A stretch of 64,000 nucleotides of DNA from an uncultured virus (IMG/VR IMGVR_UViG_3300042518_000937) (IMGVR_UViG_3300042518_000937), one strand, 5' to 3'; shown: positions 29,211 to 37,942, numbered from the stretch's first letter. Numbers and translations are program-made. The notes: generated by a model from the letters alone, not told the origin.

Positions 29211-29504
29211 TCACCACTGGTCATCCTCAACGAGAGTGAACCGGCGAACCTCGGTGACCCGCTTCGCGGATTCGTACAACTCGGGGTAGGTGTCCCGCAG
29301 GAAGGTCTGATCCAGGGCGTTGCGCTTGAAGGATTTCCAGGCGATGACAACGTGGCCGTCAAGCTCGCCTTCGTCGCTGTCGCCCAGGGCTTGTTCGATG
29401 GCATCCCGCGCCGCTTCCTCGGTGGCCTTCAGTTCCGCTTTCCTGTCCTTGATCCAGCGGAGCGTTTCGACCGCCCACCGAACCTGTTCCAGGTTGACCG
29501 CCAT
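29211..29504 (-). CDS. Coiled-coil hypothetical protein
   Basis: AGAGG RBS; YPELYE...RRF C-terminus; first gene of the replication operon. Confidence 0.6.
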   Translation of the reverse strand: MAVNLEQVRWAVETLRWIKDRKAELKATEEAARDAIEQALGDSDEGELDGHVVIAWKSFKRNALDQTFLRDTYPELYESAKRVTEVRRFTLVEDDQW

Positions 29505-29580
29505 CCGCTTGCCTCTCCGCTCAGATCGTGGGGACTGAACTGACTGGATATGACGAACCAGTCATTTCGATCTAGAGAGG

Positions 29581-29610
29581 ACCCTAGACCCACGCACCGA
29601 CAGATGTCAA
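29581..29610 (-). promoter_or_regulatory. SigA-like promoter for the replication operon
   Basis: Minus strand TTGACA-18 nt-TAGGGT. Confidence 0.5.
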
Positions 29611-29647
29611 GGATTGCGACATTTTTGGTGTGTCACCAGCTATGACG

Positions 29648-29826
29648 AAAATGGACGGACAACCAAGCTGGACATACCCCCCCCCTGTCTGTCCACCCCT
29701 CTATCTGTCTGCTTCCTTATACTTAATATATTCTTATATTTAATTCATTCAAGAATAGAGACATAGGGGGAGGGGGGGTCGGACAGAGGGGGGGGGTATG
29801 TCCAGACGTGGTTGTCCGTCCATTTT
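29648..29826. repeat. Long imperfect inverted repeat around an AT-rich core; candidate replication origin
   Basis: Arms aaaatggacggacaacca...ggacatacccc and ggggtatgtcc...tggttgtccgtccatttt flank about 40 bp of nearly pure A/T. Confidence 0.7.
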
Positions 29827-29906
29827 TAACTAGGACGCTCGTCCAATGTCCGTCCAGTCCAGTTCATGTCCAGTCCGGTCCACACGACACGCCGATGTCA
29901 CAGTCA

Positions 29907-29935
29907 TTGACAAAGATGAGCAGTTGTGGGACAAT
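29907..29935 (+). promoter_or_regulatory. SigA-like promoter for the methyltransferase operon
   Basis: TTGACA-17 nt-GACAAT. Confidence 0.5.
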
Positions 29936-30246
29936 AGACGTTGAGGAATCCCATGAACTTGCTGCACGCCGCCCGCGTTGATACACCGAGTTTTTTTGAC
30001 CTGTTTCTCTCGGTAAAGGCGCACCCATGACCCCTCACTCTCTAGGGCGAGGTACGACCTGCGCGGGCGGCGGCGCAGCTGTTGCAAAGCGCAACACTTT
30101 CCCGTTCCCAGTGTCGCCACACATGCTGCGGTGGAACGAAGTGCGCGGGGTTTACCTCGACACCCGCTCAGCCACCTGGACTCCACAGCCCGACGCGGCC
30201 TACCACTACATCCCCATCATCGGCTCAAGAGGAAGGCGCAGCGGAG

Positions 30247-30795
30247 ATGAATGACCAGAAACTCGTCCGCGTCTGGGACCGCGACTACAAACCCCGCGGC
30301 CAACAGTTCGTCGCCTGGAACCACGGAACCTTCACCATCCCGACCGACGATCCCCTCGCCGTCGAACTTTGGGACAACCGTGAACGCGGCCACCAGATCA
30401 CCGTCGAATCGACCGACGAACTCGCGTGGTGGGTCGACCGCATGGACAAGATGGCCGACGGCACTCTCGACGTGACGTGCCGACCACACGTCGACATGCT
30501 GCGCTACTGCATCACCCCCGACTGGAAGCTGGTGTCGGCCTGGCTTGAAGCCGAGAAGGCCTACCGGCAGAACCGTTTCGCCGTCCGAACCATCAAGGTT
30601 CTCCAAGCCTTGGGCGCGTTCACCGCCGAGACGGCAGTCGACCCCACCTGGCGGATTATCGGCAGAGAAGTCGCCCGCAACGTACACCCGGCAATCGACG
30701 GTCAAGACTGCTACGTCTTCAAGCGCGACGGCGGCGCCCGCTCCACCGACATCTGGTCCGTGACCTACACGCCAGTCGTCCGATTCTGGGGATGA
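30247..30795 (+). CDS. Hypothetical protein
   Basis: High-GC codon pattern; stop overlaps methyltransferase ATG. Confidence 0.6.
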   Translation: MNDQKLVRVWDRDYKPRGQQFVAWNHGTFTIPTDDPLAVELWDNRERGHQITVESTDELAWWVDRMDKMADGTLDVTCRPHVDMLRYCITPDWKLVSAWLEAEKAYRQNRFAVRTIKVLQALGAFTAETAVDPTWRIIGREVARNVHPAIDGQDCYVFKRDGGARSTDIWSVTYTPVVRFWG

Positions 30796-31400
30796 CCCTC
30801 CGCATCGGCTCCATGTTCTCCGGCAGCGGCATCCTCGACCACGCCGTCGAACAGGCCACCGGCGGCACCGTCGCCTGGCACTGCGAAACCGACCCAGCCG
30901 CCTCCGCGGTCTTGGCCGCGCGCTGGCCCGACGTCCCCAACCTCGGCGACGTCCGTCGCATCAACTGGTCGCGGGTCCGATGGGGCATCGGCTCCATCGA
31001 CCTTCTCGTCGGCGGCTTCCCCTGCACCGACATCTCCAACGCCGGAACCAGAACAGGACTGCACCCCGGCACCCAATCCGGTCTGTGGTCAGAGATGGTC
31101 CGCGCCATCGAAACCCTGCGTCCACCCCAAGTGCTTATCGAGAATGTTCGTGCGTTGCTGACAACCCCGGCCAACAAAGCTCCTATCATCAGCACATGCC
31201 ACGCGGGCCTGGACCTTCATGAACCCGGTGGCGTCGTGGGACCGGACGCTCAAGTCGTGGACTCTGCACTCGGGGCAATCCTGGGAGACCTGGCCGACCT
31301 CGGGTATGACGCGGAATGGGAAGCTCTATCGGCGAGCGGAGCCGGTGCTCCCCACCGACGCCAGCGCGTTTTCATTGTTGCCCACACCAGTTTCCTCTGA
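30792..31400 (+). CDS. C5-cytosine DNA methyltransferase, N-terminal part (motifs I-VIII)
   Basis: SMFSGSG, GGFPC, IENV, PHRRQRVFIVA. Confidence 0.9.
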   Translation: MTLRIGSMFSGSGILDHAVEQATGGTVAWHCETDPAASAVLAARWPDVPNLGDVRRINWSRVRWGIGSIDLLVGGFPCTDISNAGTRTGLHPGTQSGLWSEMVRAIETLRPPQVLIENVRALLTTPANKAPIISTCHAGLDLHEPGGVVGPDAQVVDSALGAILGDLADLGYDAEWEALSASGAGAPHRRQRVFIVAHTSFL

Positions 31401-31734
31401 CGCCACCCGCGGCCCCCACTGGAATCAGCGCACCGGCGCCAGCCTCGCGTTCGCCATACTCCGCGCCCACCGCGACAACACCTGGGACACCTACCTCCCG
31501 GCCATCCGGCACTGGGAAACCGTCACCGAGACTCAAGCCCCCCCGGCGGTCGAACCCAACAAGCACGGCAAGCCGCGCATCACCGTCGAGTTCGTGATCT
31601 GGATGATGGGCTGGCCGCTCGGCTGGTTCGCCGGCATTGAACTCGCCCGCGTAAGTCAACTCATACTGCTGGGCAATGGCGTCGTTCCGCAGCAGGCGCA
31701 ACTCGCAATCGACGGACTGGGGATTGTCGCATGA
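31219..31734 (+). CDS. C5-cytosine DNA methyltransferase, C-terminal part (motifs IX-X)
   Basis: FVIWMMGWP and LLGNGVVPQQA; overlaps the N-terminal ORF in the +1 frame. Confidence 0.75.
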   Translation: MNPVASWDRTLKSWTLHSGQSWETWPTSGMTRNGKLYRRAEPVLPTDASAFSLLPTPVSSDATRGPHWNQRTGASLAFAILRAHRDNTWDTYLPAIRHWETVTETQAPPAVEPNKHGKPRITVEFVIWMMGWPLGWFAGIELARVSQLILLGNGVVPQQAQLAIDGLGIVA

Positions 31735-31949
31735 GCGACCAGATCGACCCGAACAGGGTCTACCGCGTCGTCTGCCCCGGCTGCGGTCAACTTCTCGGCC
31801 GCGTCTACGCCAGACACGCCGACCACATCACGATGTTGCACGCTCCGCGCTGCCCCATCACCGAAACCGAACACGCCAAGACGATTGAGGACATGAGGTT
31901 CGCGGAGGCCACCGGATGGACAGAACATCTTCACGACAACGGAGAATGA
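31731..31949 (+). CDS. Small zinc-finger-like protein
   Basis: CPGC...H...C; ATGA overlap with upstream gene. Confidence 0.55.
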   Translation: MSDQIDPNRVYRVVCPGCGQLLGRVYARHADHITMLHAPRCPITETEHAKTIEDMRFAEATGWTEHLHDNGE

Positions 31950-32048
31950 CGCACCGATGACATGGTTCCTGTTTGCTCTGCTGGTAGCACTCGGCACGCT
32001 CACCGCTTTCATCCTGATGAACAGCTAGCCAGCGCTTACACTCAAACG

Positions 32049-32306
32049 ATGGCGAAGCATCGACTGGTCTGGCTGGAGAATCGCAACACCCCGAAGGTGC
32101 TGCCCGCCGGGTCGGGCCCCTACAAGCCGAAGCCCTCCGAAGGCAAGGTTGTGAAGTCGCGCCCAGCCAACGCCCAGGAGGAATCGACCATCGCCAAGGG
32201 CGGCTGGGTGCGGGTCGACAAGAAGGGCAACACCCCGTCGAGTTCGTCCTATGGCACCGGGTCGAAGATCAGGCCGCAGTTCAAGTACGGCAACAAGAAG
32301 AAGTGA
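32049..32306 (+). CDS. Small basic protein
   Basis: Lys-rich; TACACT -10 element 6 nt before ATG. Confidence 0.6.
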   Translation: MAKHRLVWLENRNTPKVLPAGSGPYKPKPSEGKVVKSRPANAQEESTIAKGGWVRVDKKGNTPSSSSYGTGSKIRPQFKYGNKKK

Positions 32307-32489
32307 CCCGTTGCGAAACGCAACACCCCAGCGCGACCTGGAAGCGTTGGATATAGAGATACGCCGAGCCTGGGTGAGGCTTTTGAAAGCGACCTCCCAC
32401 GGCAACATCGACAAGTGCATGGCATATGTGGACGCCTTGCTCGATCAGCGGCTACTGTTAACCGACGCAAAGTAGATGGGGAGTTGGGT

Positions 32490-32927
32490 ATGAATCTCTG
32501 GATTCTGGCCGGTCTGTTCCTTGTCGGTCTGGCCGCGTCGCTCTCCGCGCAATTGCGTCTCCACAAGCAGCTCGAAGGAAGGATCACAATGACGCAGCAG
32601 GACACCATCGACGCCATCGTCGCGCAGCTGGCGAAAGCCAAGAACGAACTGTCGGCGAAGCTGGAAGAAGCCACGCTCGGCGTACAGGCTCAGCTGGTCG
32701 AGGCCGGTGTCGCGGATCAGGTTGACCTTTCGGCCCTCGCCAGCATCGCCCAGGCGCTCGACGATCTGGTTCCCGACGCTGAAGTCGATGAGGCCGTCGA
32801 TGAAGCCGTCGAGGTCGATGAAGACGTCGAGGTCGATGAGACCGTCGAGGTCGATGAAGACGTCGAGGTCGATGAGACCGTCGAGGTCGATGAGACCGTC
32901 GATGAGGCCGTCGACTCATCCGAGTAG
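32490..32927 (+). CDS. Membrane-anchored protein with acidic VEVDE repeats
   Basis: N-terminal hydrophobic helix; second RBS and ATG at 32589; 18-bp repeats at about 32780-32915. Confidence 0.6.
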   Translation: MNLWILAGLFLVGLAASLSAQLRLHKQLEGRITMTQQDTIDAIVAQLAKAKNELSAKLEEATLGVQAQLVEAGVADQVDLSALASIAQALDDLVPDAEVDEAVDEAVEVDEDVEVDETVEVDEDVEVDETVEVDETVDEAVDSSE

Positions 32928-33059
32928 CGTGAGGGCCCACTCTCTCAACGTGGCCGTGCAAGCATTCGCGCTCGGCCTACTGTCCGGCGTGATCCTGACG
33001 AGCGCATCATCCTGTCAATCCGCCGGAGCGCACCCGGCCTACGAGCACAGCATCGACCA

Positions 33060-33242
33060 GTGAGCGAGCGTGAGTACGAGGCAATCCGTGCCGCAATCCA
33101 CGATGCCTGGCGCTTAGGCATGGGCACGGCCATTGAGATCATCGAAATCCACGAGAAGGCCGGCACCCCCGTCGCCGACATCATCGCCCACCTGCGCCAG
33201 CGATCCGCCGAGGGAATTGCGAAGCCGGACGACGATGAGTGA
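33060..33242 (+). CDS. Hypothetical protein
   Basis: GTGA overlap with upstream ORF; plausible codon use. Confidence 0.45.
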   Translation: MSEREYEAIRAAIHDAWRLGMGTAIEIIEIHEKAGTPVADIIAHLRQRSAEGIAKPDDDE

Positions 33243-33568
33243 CAGGGCACGCCCGGTGAAAGCAGACGATCTGTGCTGCGGCGCGATGAGTTCGATGGGG
33301 TTCATCTGCACCAAGGATCTCGCCCACAAGGGCGATCACATTGCCTATGACGCTGAGGTCAATGTGACGTGGGACCGCTGGAAGAGCGAACGCCCAACAC
33401 GATAGGCGTCGCACACCTGTTCTAGGTCGATTTGCGGCTGACCAGCCGATTCTCCATCCTCGGCGCATCATGCATCGACCGTGATGCAGCGTGCATCATC
33501 CTTGATGCCCGTCAAATCCATAATGGATAGATCGGTCCCAGACAAACGTCGGGGCCGGCGGTCCGGCC

Positions 33569-33626
33569 AAAAAAAATACCCGAATTCCGTTTCGTGCTTT
33601 GGATGCACGAAACGGAATTCGGGTAT
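33569..33626 (-). terminator. Intrinsic terminator for the 34632-33694 gene
   Basis: Perfect 22-bp stem ATACCCGAATTCCGTTTCGTGC, 7-nt loop, T-run following on the minus strand. Confidence 0.8.
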
Positions 33627-33693
33627 CTAGCCTGGGTGAACAACTGTGCGAACGGTCCCGCCGTTGCAAAGTGCAACGGCGGGACCGGACCCG

Positions 33694-34632
33694 CTAGGCG
33701 CTGAGGCCGGTGGGATCAACCGGCGCGCCCGCCAGCGGCTTCGCCGGTGCCTTCGGCTTCGCCGGTGCCTTCGGCTTCGCCGTTGCGCCGTTGCCACGCT
33801 GGTCTGCGCTGGGCTTGCCAGCGTCGACCAGCAGCCGGTCCCACGCGCCGAACTGGGCGACCGCTTCGGTAACCAGTTTCAGCGTCCAAGCGCGATCCTC
33901 CGCGCCCATGTCGGGACGCTGATCAGCGACCATTTTCAGCGCGGTCTCCAGTTGCGACTTTGCGCGGCTGATGGCCTTCGCCTTTTCCTTCGCCTTCGCT
34001 TCGGCTTCGGCAGCGGCAGCGGCTTCGGCTTCCCGCTTCGCTTCGGCTTCGGCAGCGGCAGCGGCGAACGCCGCGACGGCGTCGGCAGCGGCAGCGGCTT
34101 CGGCTTCGCTCGCACCGTTAGCAGCGGCAGCGGCAGCGGCTTCGGCAGCGGCGGTCTCGACCGCTTCGGCGCGGGCGGCTTCGGCTTCGGCTGCGGCGAT
34201 TGCCTTCGCTTCGGCTTCGGCTGCGGCGAGCGCGGCTTTGCGGCTGCGTGTGACCTGAGCGGGATCGACGTGTACCAGCGCGGCAAGTTCCCGAACGCCG
34301 ATCGCGTTGGGGTCTGCGCTGTACAGTTCCGCGACCAACTCATCACGCAACAACTTGTGCAGCAGCGGGAACCGCGAGCCGATCGCTTTGTAGTAAGCCG
34401 TCGCGCTGCCGTAGAGCTTTCCGGTTTCGCCGTCGATTGTGCGTTTCCAGACTTCCGCTTCATGGACGTCCATGATCGCCGTTGCGAGCGTGGCCGTGCT
34501 GTAGATGAACCGCTTTGCGTCGCCTTCGGCATTCTGGAAAGCGGACACCAGCGCGTTGGTCAGTTCCGTGTCGGTACGGTCCTGAGAAACCTGCACGTCA
34601 GTTCCGGTGTTGGTAGTTCCTTGAACCTGCAT
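33694..34632 (-). CDS. Ala/Glu/Lys-rich protein with a probable helix-turn-helix
   Basis: GVRELAALVHVDPAQVTRSRK, long AEA helix, KPKAPA tail; has own promoter, RBS and terminator. Confidence 0.7.
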   Translation of the reverse strand: MQVQGTTNTGTDVQVSQDRTDTELTNALVSAFQNAEGDAKRFIYSTATLATAIMDVHEAEVWKRTIDGETGKLYGSATAYYKAIGSRFPLLHKLLRDELVAELYSADPNAIGVRELAALVHVDPAQVTRSRKAALAAAEAEAKAIAAAEAEAARAEAVETAAAEAAAAAAANGASEAEAAAAADAVAAFAAAAAEAEAKREAEAAAAAEAEAKAKEKAKAISRAKSQLETALKMVADQRPDMGAEDRAWTLKLVTEAVAQFGAWDRLLVDAGKPSADQRGNGATAKPKAPAKPKAPAKPLAGAPVDPTGLSA

Positions 34633-34686
34633 TTTCTGAATCCTTACTTCGTGGGGATGCCGGACCCGTTTGGCCCGACAGGAGAG

Positions 34687-34715
34687 ACATTACGGCATTT
34701 GACCAGCGGTGTCTA
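34687..34715 (-). promoter_or_regulatory. SigA-like promoter
   Basis: Minus strand TAGACA-17 nt-TAATGT upstream of ATG 34632. Confidence 0.55.
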
Positions 34716-34944
34716 GAGGGTATTAGTCGCGCTATTCCGACCACCGGACACCGGCGGCAACGTGTTGCGTTTCGCAACACCGGACCCGACCGCCCCGACC
34801 CCGCGCGACCCCGACGCAGCCGGTGTTGCGTTTCGCAACGACCCCGACCGCCGACCGCCCGACCCGGTTTCGAACGGATGTTCGAGCCGGCGAGGGGGCC
34901 CCCCGAGGGGGGGCAACCGCCCAATAGGCTTCCGACAGCCCCCA

Positions 34945-35131
34945 CCCCTATCAATCGGAAGGCGCGCCCCTCAATCGGAAGGCGCGCCCCGCGCCCAATC
35001 GGATCAAATCGGGAAGTGCGTTCCCGCCCCTCAATCGGAAGTGCGCTCTGGCGCCTCAATCGGAAGTGGGTTCCCCCCATCTCAGCCGGACGGGCCGAGC
35101 GCGTCCACCTCTCAATCGGACCTTCAATCGG
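34945..35131 (+). repeat. Array of direct repeats TCAATCGG(AA)
   Basis: Copies at 34951, 34971, 35031, 35056, 35112, 35124, with variants near 34996 and 35004, in non-coding DNA. Confidence 0.85.
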
Positions 35132-35170
35132 CGGGCGGGGTGTGGCGATTCGCAACACGCTATTAGCCAC

Positions 35171-35199
35171 TTGACAGGGTGCCGGGAGGGCCGTAACGT
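35171..35199 (+). promoter_or_regulatory. SigA-like early promoter
   Basis: TTGACA-17 nt-TAACGT; degenerate 17-bp palindrome at 35141. Confidence 0.55.
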
Positions 35200-35421
35200 G
35201 GTTCCCATCACCCCACGAGAACAGAGAGAGAGGCAACCCATGTCCGCATGGCTTCCCTGCATCATCGGCGGCGGTATCGGACTGTTCTATCAGTACCGCA
35301 TGACCCGCCCCTACCGCGGTCGCTGAGCGCGACCAACCTCAGGCCGGGGTGTTGCGATTCGCATCACCCCGGCCTGCTTCACGTTCACACACCCAATCGG
35401 ACTAGATCGGAGGATCATCGA

Positions 35422-35601
35422 ATGACCACACGGCTCTACATGTTCCGCGCTCCCGGCGGGCGCATGGAGCACGTCACCCGCGACCGCATCGTCACGCTGT
35501 GCGGCGAGGACGCCCGCTACGGGGCGAAGTACACGCACGCCGACAACCGCGCCGACAGCGTGGTTCGGCCGCTGTGCAAGTGGTGTCGGGCGGCTCTCTG
35601 A
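35422..35601 (+). CDS. Small early protein
   Basis: GGAGG RBS; H...LCG...LCKWC; flanked by two near-identical palindrome hairpins. Confidence 0.6.
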   Translation: MTTRLYMFRAPGGRMEHVTRDRIVTLCGEDARYGAKYTHADNRADSVVRPLCKWCRAAL

Positions 35602-35716
35602 CTTGCCGGGACTTGCCGGCAATCGGGCCGGGGTGTTGCGATTCGCATCACCCCGGCCTTTTTGCGTTTTTGGGCCTTGGACCCGCTCTGACCTGCAACA
35701 ACCCAGCCGGACCCCG

Positions 35717-35745
35717 TTGACATTTCTGGCTGTCTATGGTAGAGT
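35717..35745 (+). promoter_or_regulatory. SigA-like early promoter
   Basis: TTGACA-17 nt-TAGAGT. Confidence 0.65.
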
Positions 35746-35892
35746 ATTTGTAGTAGGTCAGAGATGGGCCGAAAAAAATCTTCCCCGCGAAAAAATTCTC
35801 GCCGGGAAAAATCCTGCCCGGAAAAATCCGCGCCGGAAAAAACCGGGGTGTTGCGAATCGCATCACCCCCACGAAAAAAGAGAGGGACAGCA

Positions 35893-36138
35893 ATGTCCAA
35901 CCAGAAAACCGTTCGACCGCTCGACGTGATCGCCGCGGAAATCTCCGCAAGCTGGAAGAACGTCAACTACGCGGCGATCCCCTACCTCAGCGCCATGCGG
36001 TCGCTCAACACGATCGACGACGGCTACGGCTACGACGACGCCCGCGGCATCGTGCTCTACTTCCTGAGCAACGCCGGTTCGTGGCGCGGCGAGGACGCCC
36101 GCCGGATCAAGGCCGAACTGAAGGCGATGGTCAAGTGA
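35893..36138 (+). CDS. Small early protein
   Basis: Palindrome, CCCCACGAAA and GAGGG RBS before ATG; YFLSNAGSWRGEDARRIKAEL. Confidence 0.7.
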   Translation: MSNQKTVRPLDVIAAEISASWKNVNYAAIPYLSAMRSLNTIDDGYGYDDARGIVLYFLSNAGSWRGEDARRIKAELKAMVK

Positions 36139-36374
36139 CCGACGCCGAGTTCCAGTTCTACGTCTGCGGCTGTTCCGCATACGTCACCTACGAGCGCAAC
36201 GCCGACGGCAACGTGCTCAACCACACGGTCCTGGCCTCGCCGGGTCCGTGCGAGAACCCCTCGGTTCACCCGTAGATGGTTCGGCAGGGTGTTGCGATTC
36301 GCTACACCCTGCCGCTTCCACCCGCCCTACGGCAATCCTGTCGCCGGGTAAGGGAAACAGAGAGAGGGACAGCA

Positions 36375-36506
36375 ATGTCCGAAGAAAACTGGTGCGTGCT
36401 GCACCACCCGCATGACAGGCAGGAGTGCCAGGACATGTCCGACGTGTGGTCCTACAACGACGGCAAGCATCACTGCGAGGGAAAGGGCTGCCATGAAGGT
36501 CGCTGA
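36375..36506 (+). CDS. Small Cys/His-rich early protein
   Basis: Repeated leader and RBS before ATGTCC. Confidence 0.5.
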   Translation: MSEENWCVLHHPHDRQECQDMSDVWSYNDGKHHCEGKGCHEGR

Positions 36507-36705
36507 CACCCAGGTCCGCGTCGAGCGCCGCCAGCGTGCGCTGCTAAGCCAGATCGCCACGCAGCGGGCGATCTTGGCGCGTGCGGAGGCACGGCTGGCC
36601 GAGCTGACCGCGGAGTTGCACGAAACGGCACCGGGCGCGTACAGCCGGATGCTGGAGCAGCGCACCGCCGAAATCCTGCGTGCCAGGACGGAGGTGGCGT
36701 CGTGA
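36493..36705 (+). CDS. Small coiled-coil early protein
   Basis: AAAGGG RBS; heptad pattern. Confidence 0.5.
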   Translation: MKVADTQVRVERRQRALLSQIATQRAILARAEARLAELTAELHETAPGAYSRMLEQRTAEILRARTEVAS

Positions 36706-36928
36706 GGTGCAGCAAGGATTCCGGCCTCATCGCACTGATCCGCTGCGCCGACTGCGGCACCGCGACGGAGCCGACGAGTTTGGCGTCAGCCCATCTGGCG
36801 TTGAACGCCCATTACCGATCCCGCTGACGCAAGCGGCCGGGGTGTAGCGATTCGCAACACCCCGGCCGCTTTCGCCGCTCCACAGCAATTCCGCTGTGGG
36901 GTTAGGGAAACAGAGAGAGGAAACGGCC

Positions 36929-37264
36929 ATGTCCGATCGGACTAGCCATCGCCGCCGTGCGCGGCAGAATCACGCCAAGCAGGCCCGCGCTGGGATCGCC
37001 CAGCAGTTGCGCGACCTGGACGAGAAGTTCGGCGTGACTTCGCACGTCCAGATGTGCGAGAAGTGCGACCGCGGTCGGTTCGAGACGCAGTACGGCGATC
37101 TGCTGCTGTGCTGGACGTGCCGCGAGGCGTTTCCGGTGTTGCAGCCGTGGCGCATCGACCCGGAATCCGGCGAGGCGATCGACACGCGCACCGGCAAGCC
37201 GTTCGTCTTCGATGACGAGGCCGTCGAGCCGATGCCGACGCGGCACCTTCGGGTGGTCCGCTGA
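36929..37264 (+). CDS. Early protein with CxxC motifs
   Basis: Repeated leader and RBS; CEKC...CWTC. Confidence 0.6.
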   Translation: MSDRTSHRRRARQNHAKQARAGIAQQLRDLDEKFGVTSHVQMCEKCDRGRFETQYGDLLLCWTCREAFPVLQPWRIDPESGEAIDTRTGKPFVFDDEAVEPMPTRHLRVVR

Positions 37265-37446
37265 TGTGGGGCTTCGTCGTCATGTCGCTGATGTTCTGGG
37301 CGATCATCCTGTGGATTTTCGCGTTGTTCGCCAAGTGACTTTCCCCTACTGACAGTCGGGCCGGGCGTTGCGACATGCAACACCCGGCCCGATTGCCGCT
37401 CCACGGCAATCCCGCCGCGGGGTAAGGGAGAAAGAGAGGGGCACGC

Positions 37447-37674
37447 ATGTCCGATCAGACGGATTTGCTGCTTGAGCAATTCACTGCTGGAGAACGGGTC
37501 GAGTTGCATCCGGCGACGGATCGCCGGATGCGCGGCGACCGCTTCGGCACTGTCGTCAAGCTCGGCCGGCGCTACGTCCATGTGGCGTTGGACGTTTCCG
37601 GTCAGACTCGCCAGTTCGCGCCGGAGAACGTGATGAAGCTGTGCACCACCGTGTCGAAGGTGCGTGGCTTGTGA
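37447..37674 (+). CDS. Small SH3-like early protein
   Basis: FTAGERVEL...GTVVKLGRRYVHV; repeated leader. Confidence 0.6.
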   Translation: MSDQTDLLLEQFTAGERVELHPATDRRMRGDRFGTVVKLGRRYVHVALDVSGQTRQFAPENVMKLCTTVSKVRGL

Positions 37675-37732
37675 CGGCGTATCTGGTGGGCGCGCTGTTG
37701 GGCTTGCTGTATCTCATGGCGGGAGGCGTGCT

Positions 37733-37942
37733 GTGATCGTGTTGCGTTTGCAGTTCATCGCCGGTCAGCGTCCGTGGGAGCGTCTGGAGTTCCCGAACTG
37801 CCGTGCGGCGCGCAGCTACCTGTTGCAGACCGAAAAGCAGGAGGGCGCCCGCCGGGAGGGCACCGGCACCGAGGGCAGGCTGGTGCGCGGGAAGGGTTCG
37901 GGCAAGCGTCTGGTGGCGCTGTACGAAATCTCCGAGGTCTAG
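37733..37942 (+). CDS. Small early protein
   Basis: GGGAGG RBS before GTG. Confidence 0.5.
   Translation: MIVLRLQFIAGQRPWERLEFPNCRAARSYLLQTEKQEGARREGTGTEGRLVRGKGSGKRLVALYEISEV

Noticed and set aside
34699..34726. Plus-strand promoter TTGACC...TATTAG
   Set aside because: 16-nt spacer and a -10 lacking the final T; the overlapping minus-strand TAGACA-17-TAATGT fits better
34598..35236. ORFs spanning the repeat region
   Set aside because: Translations of repeats and palindromes with no RBS or protein-like composition
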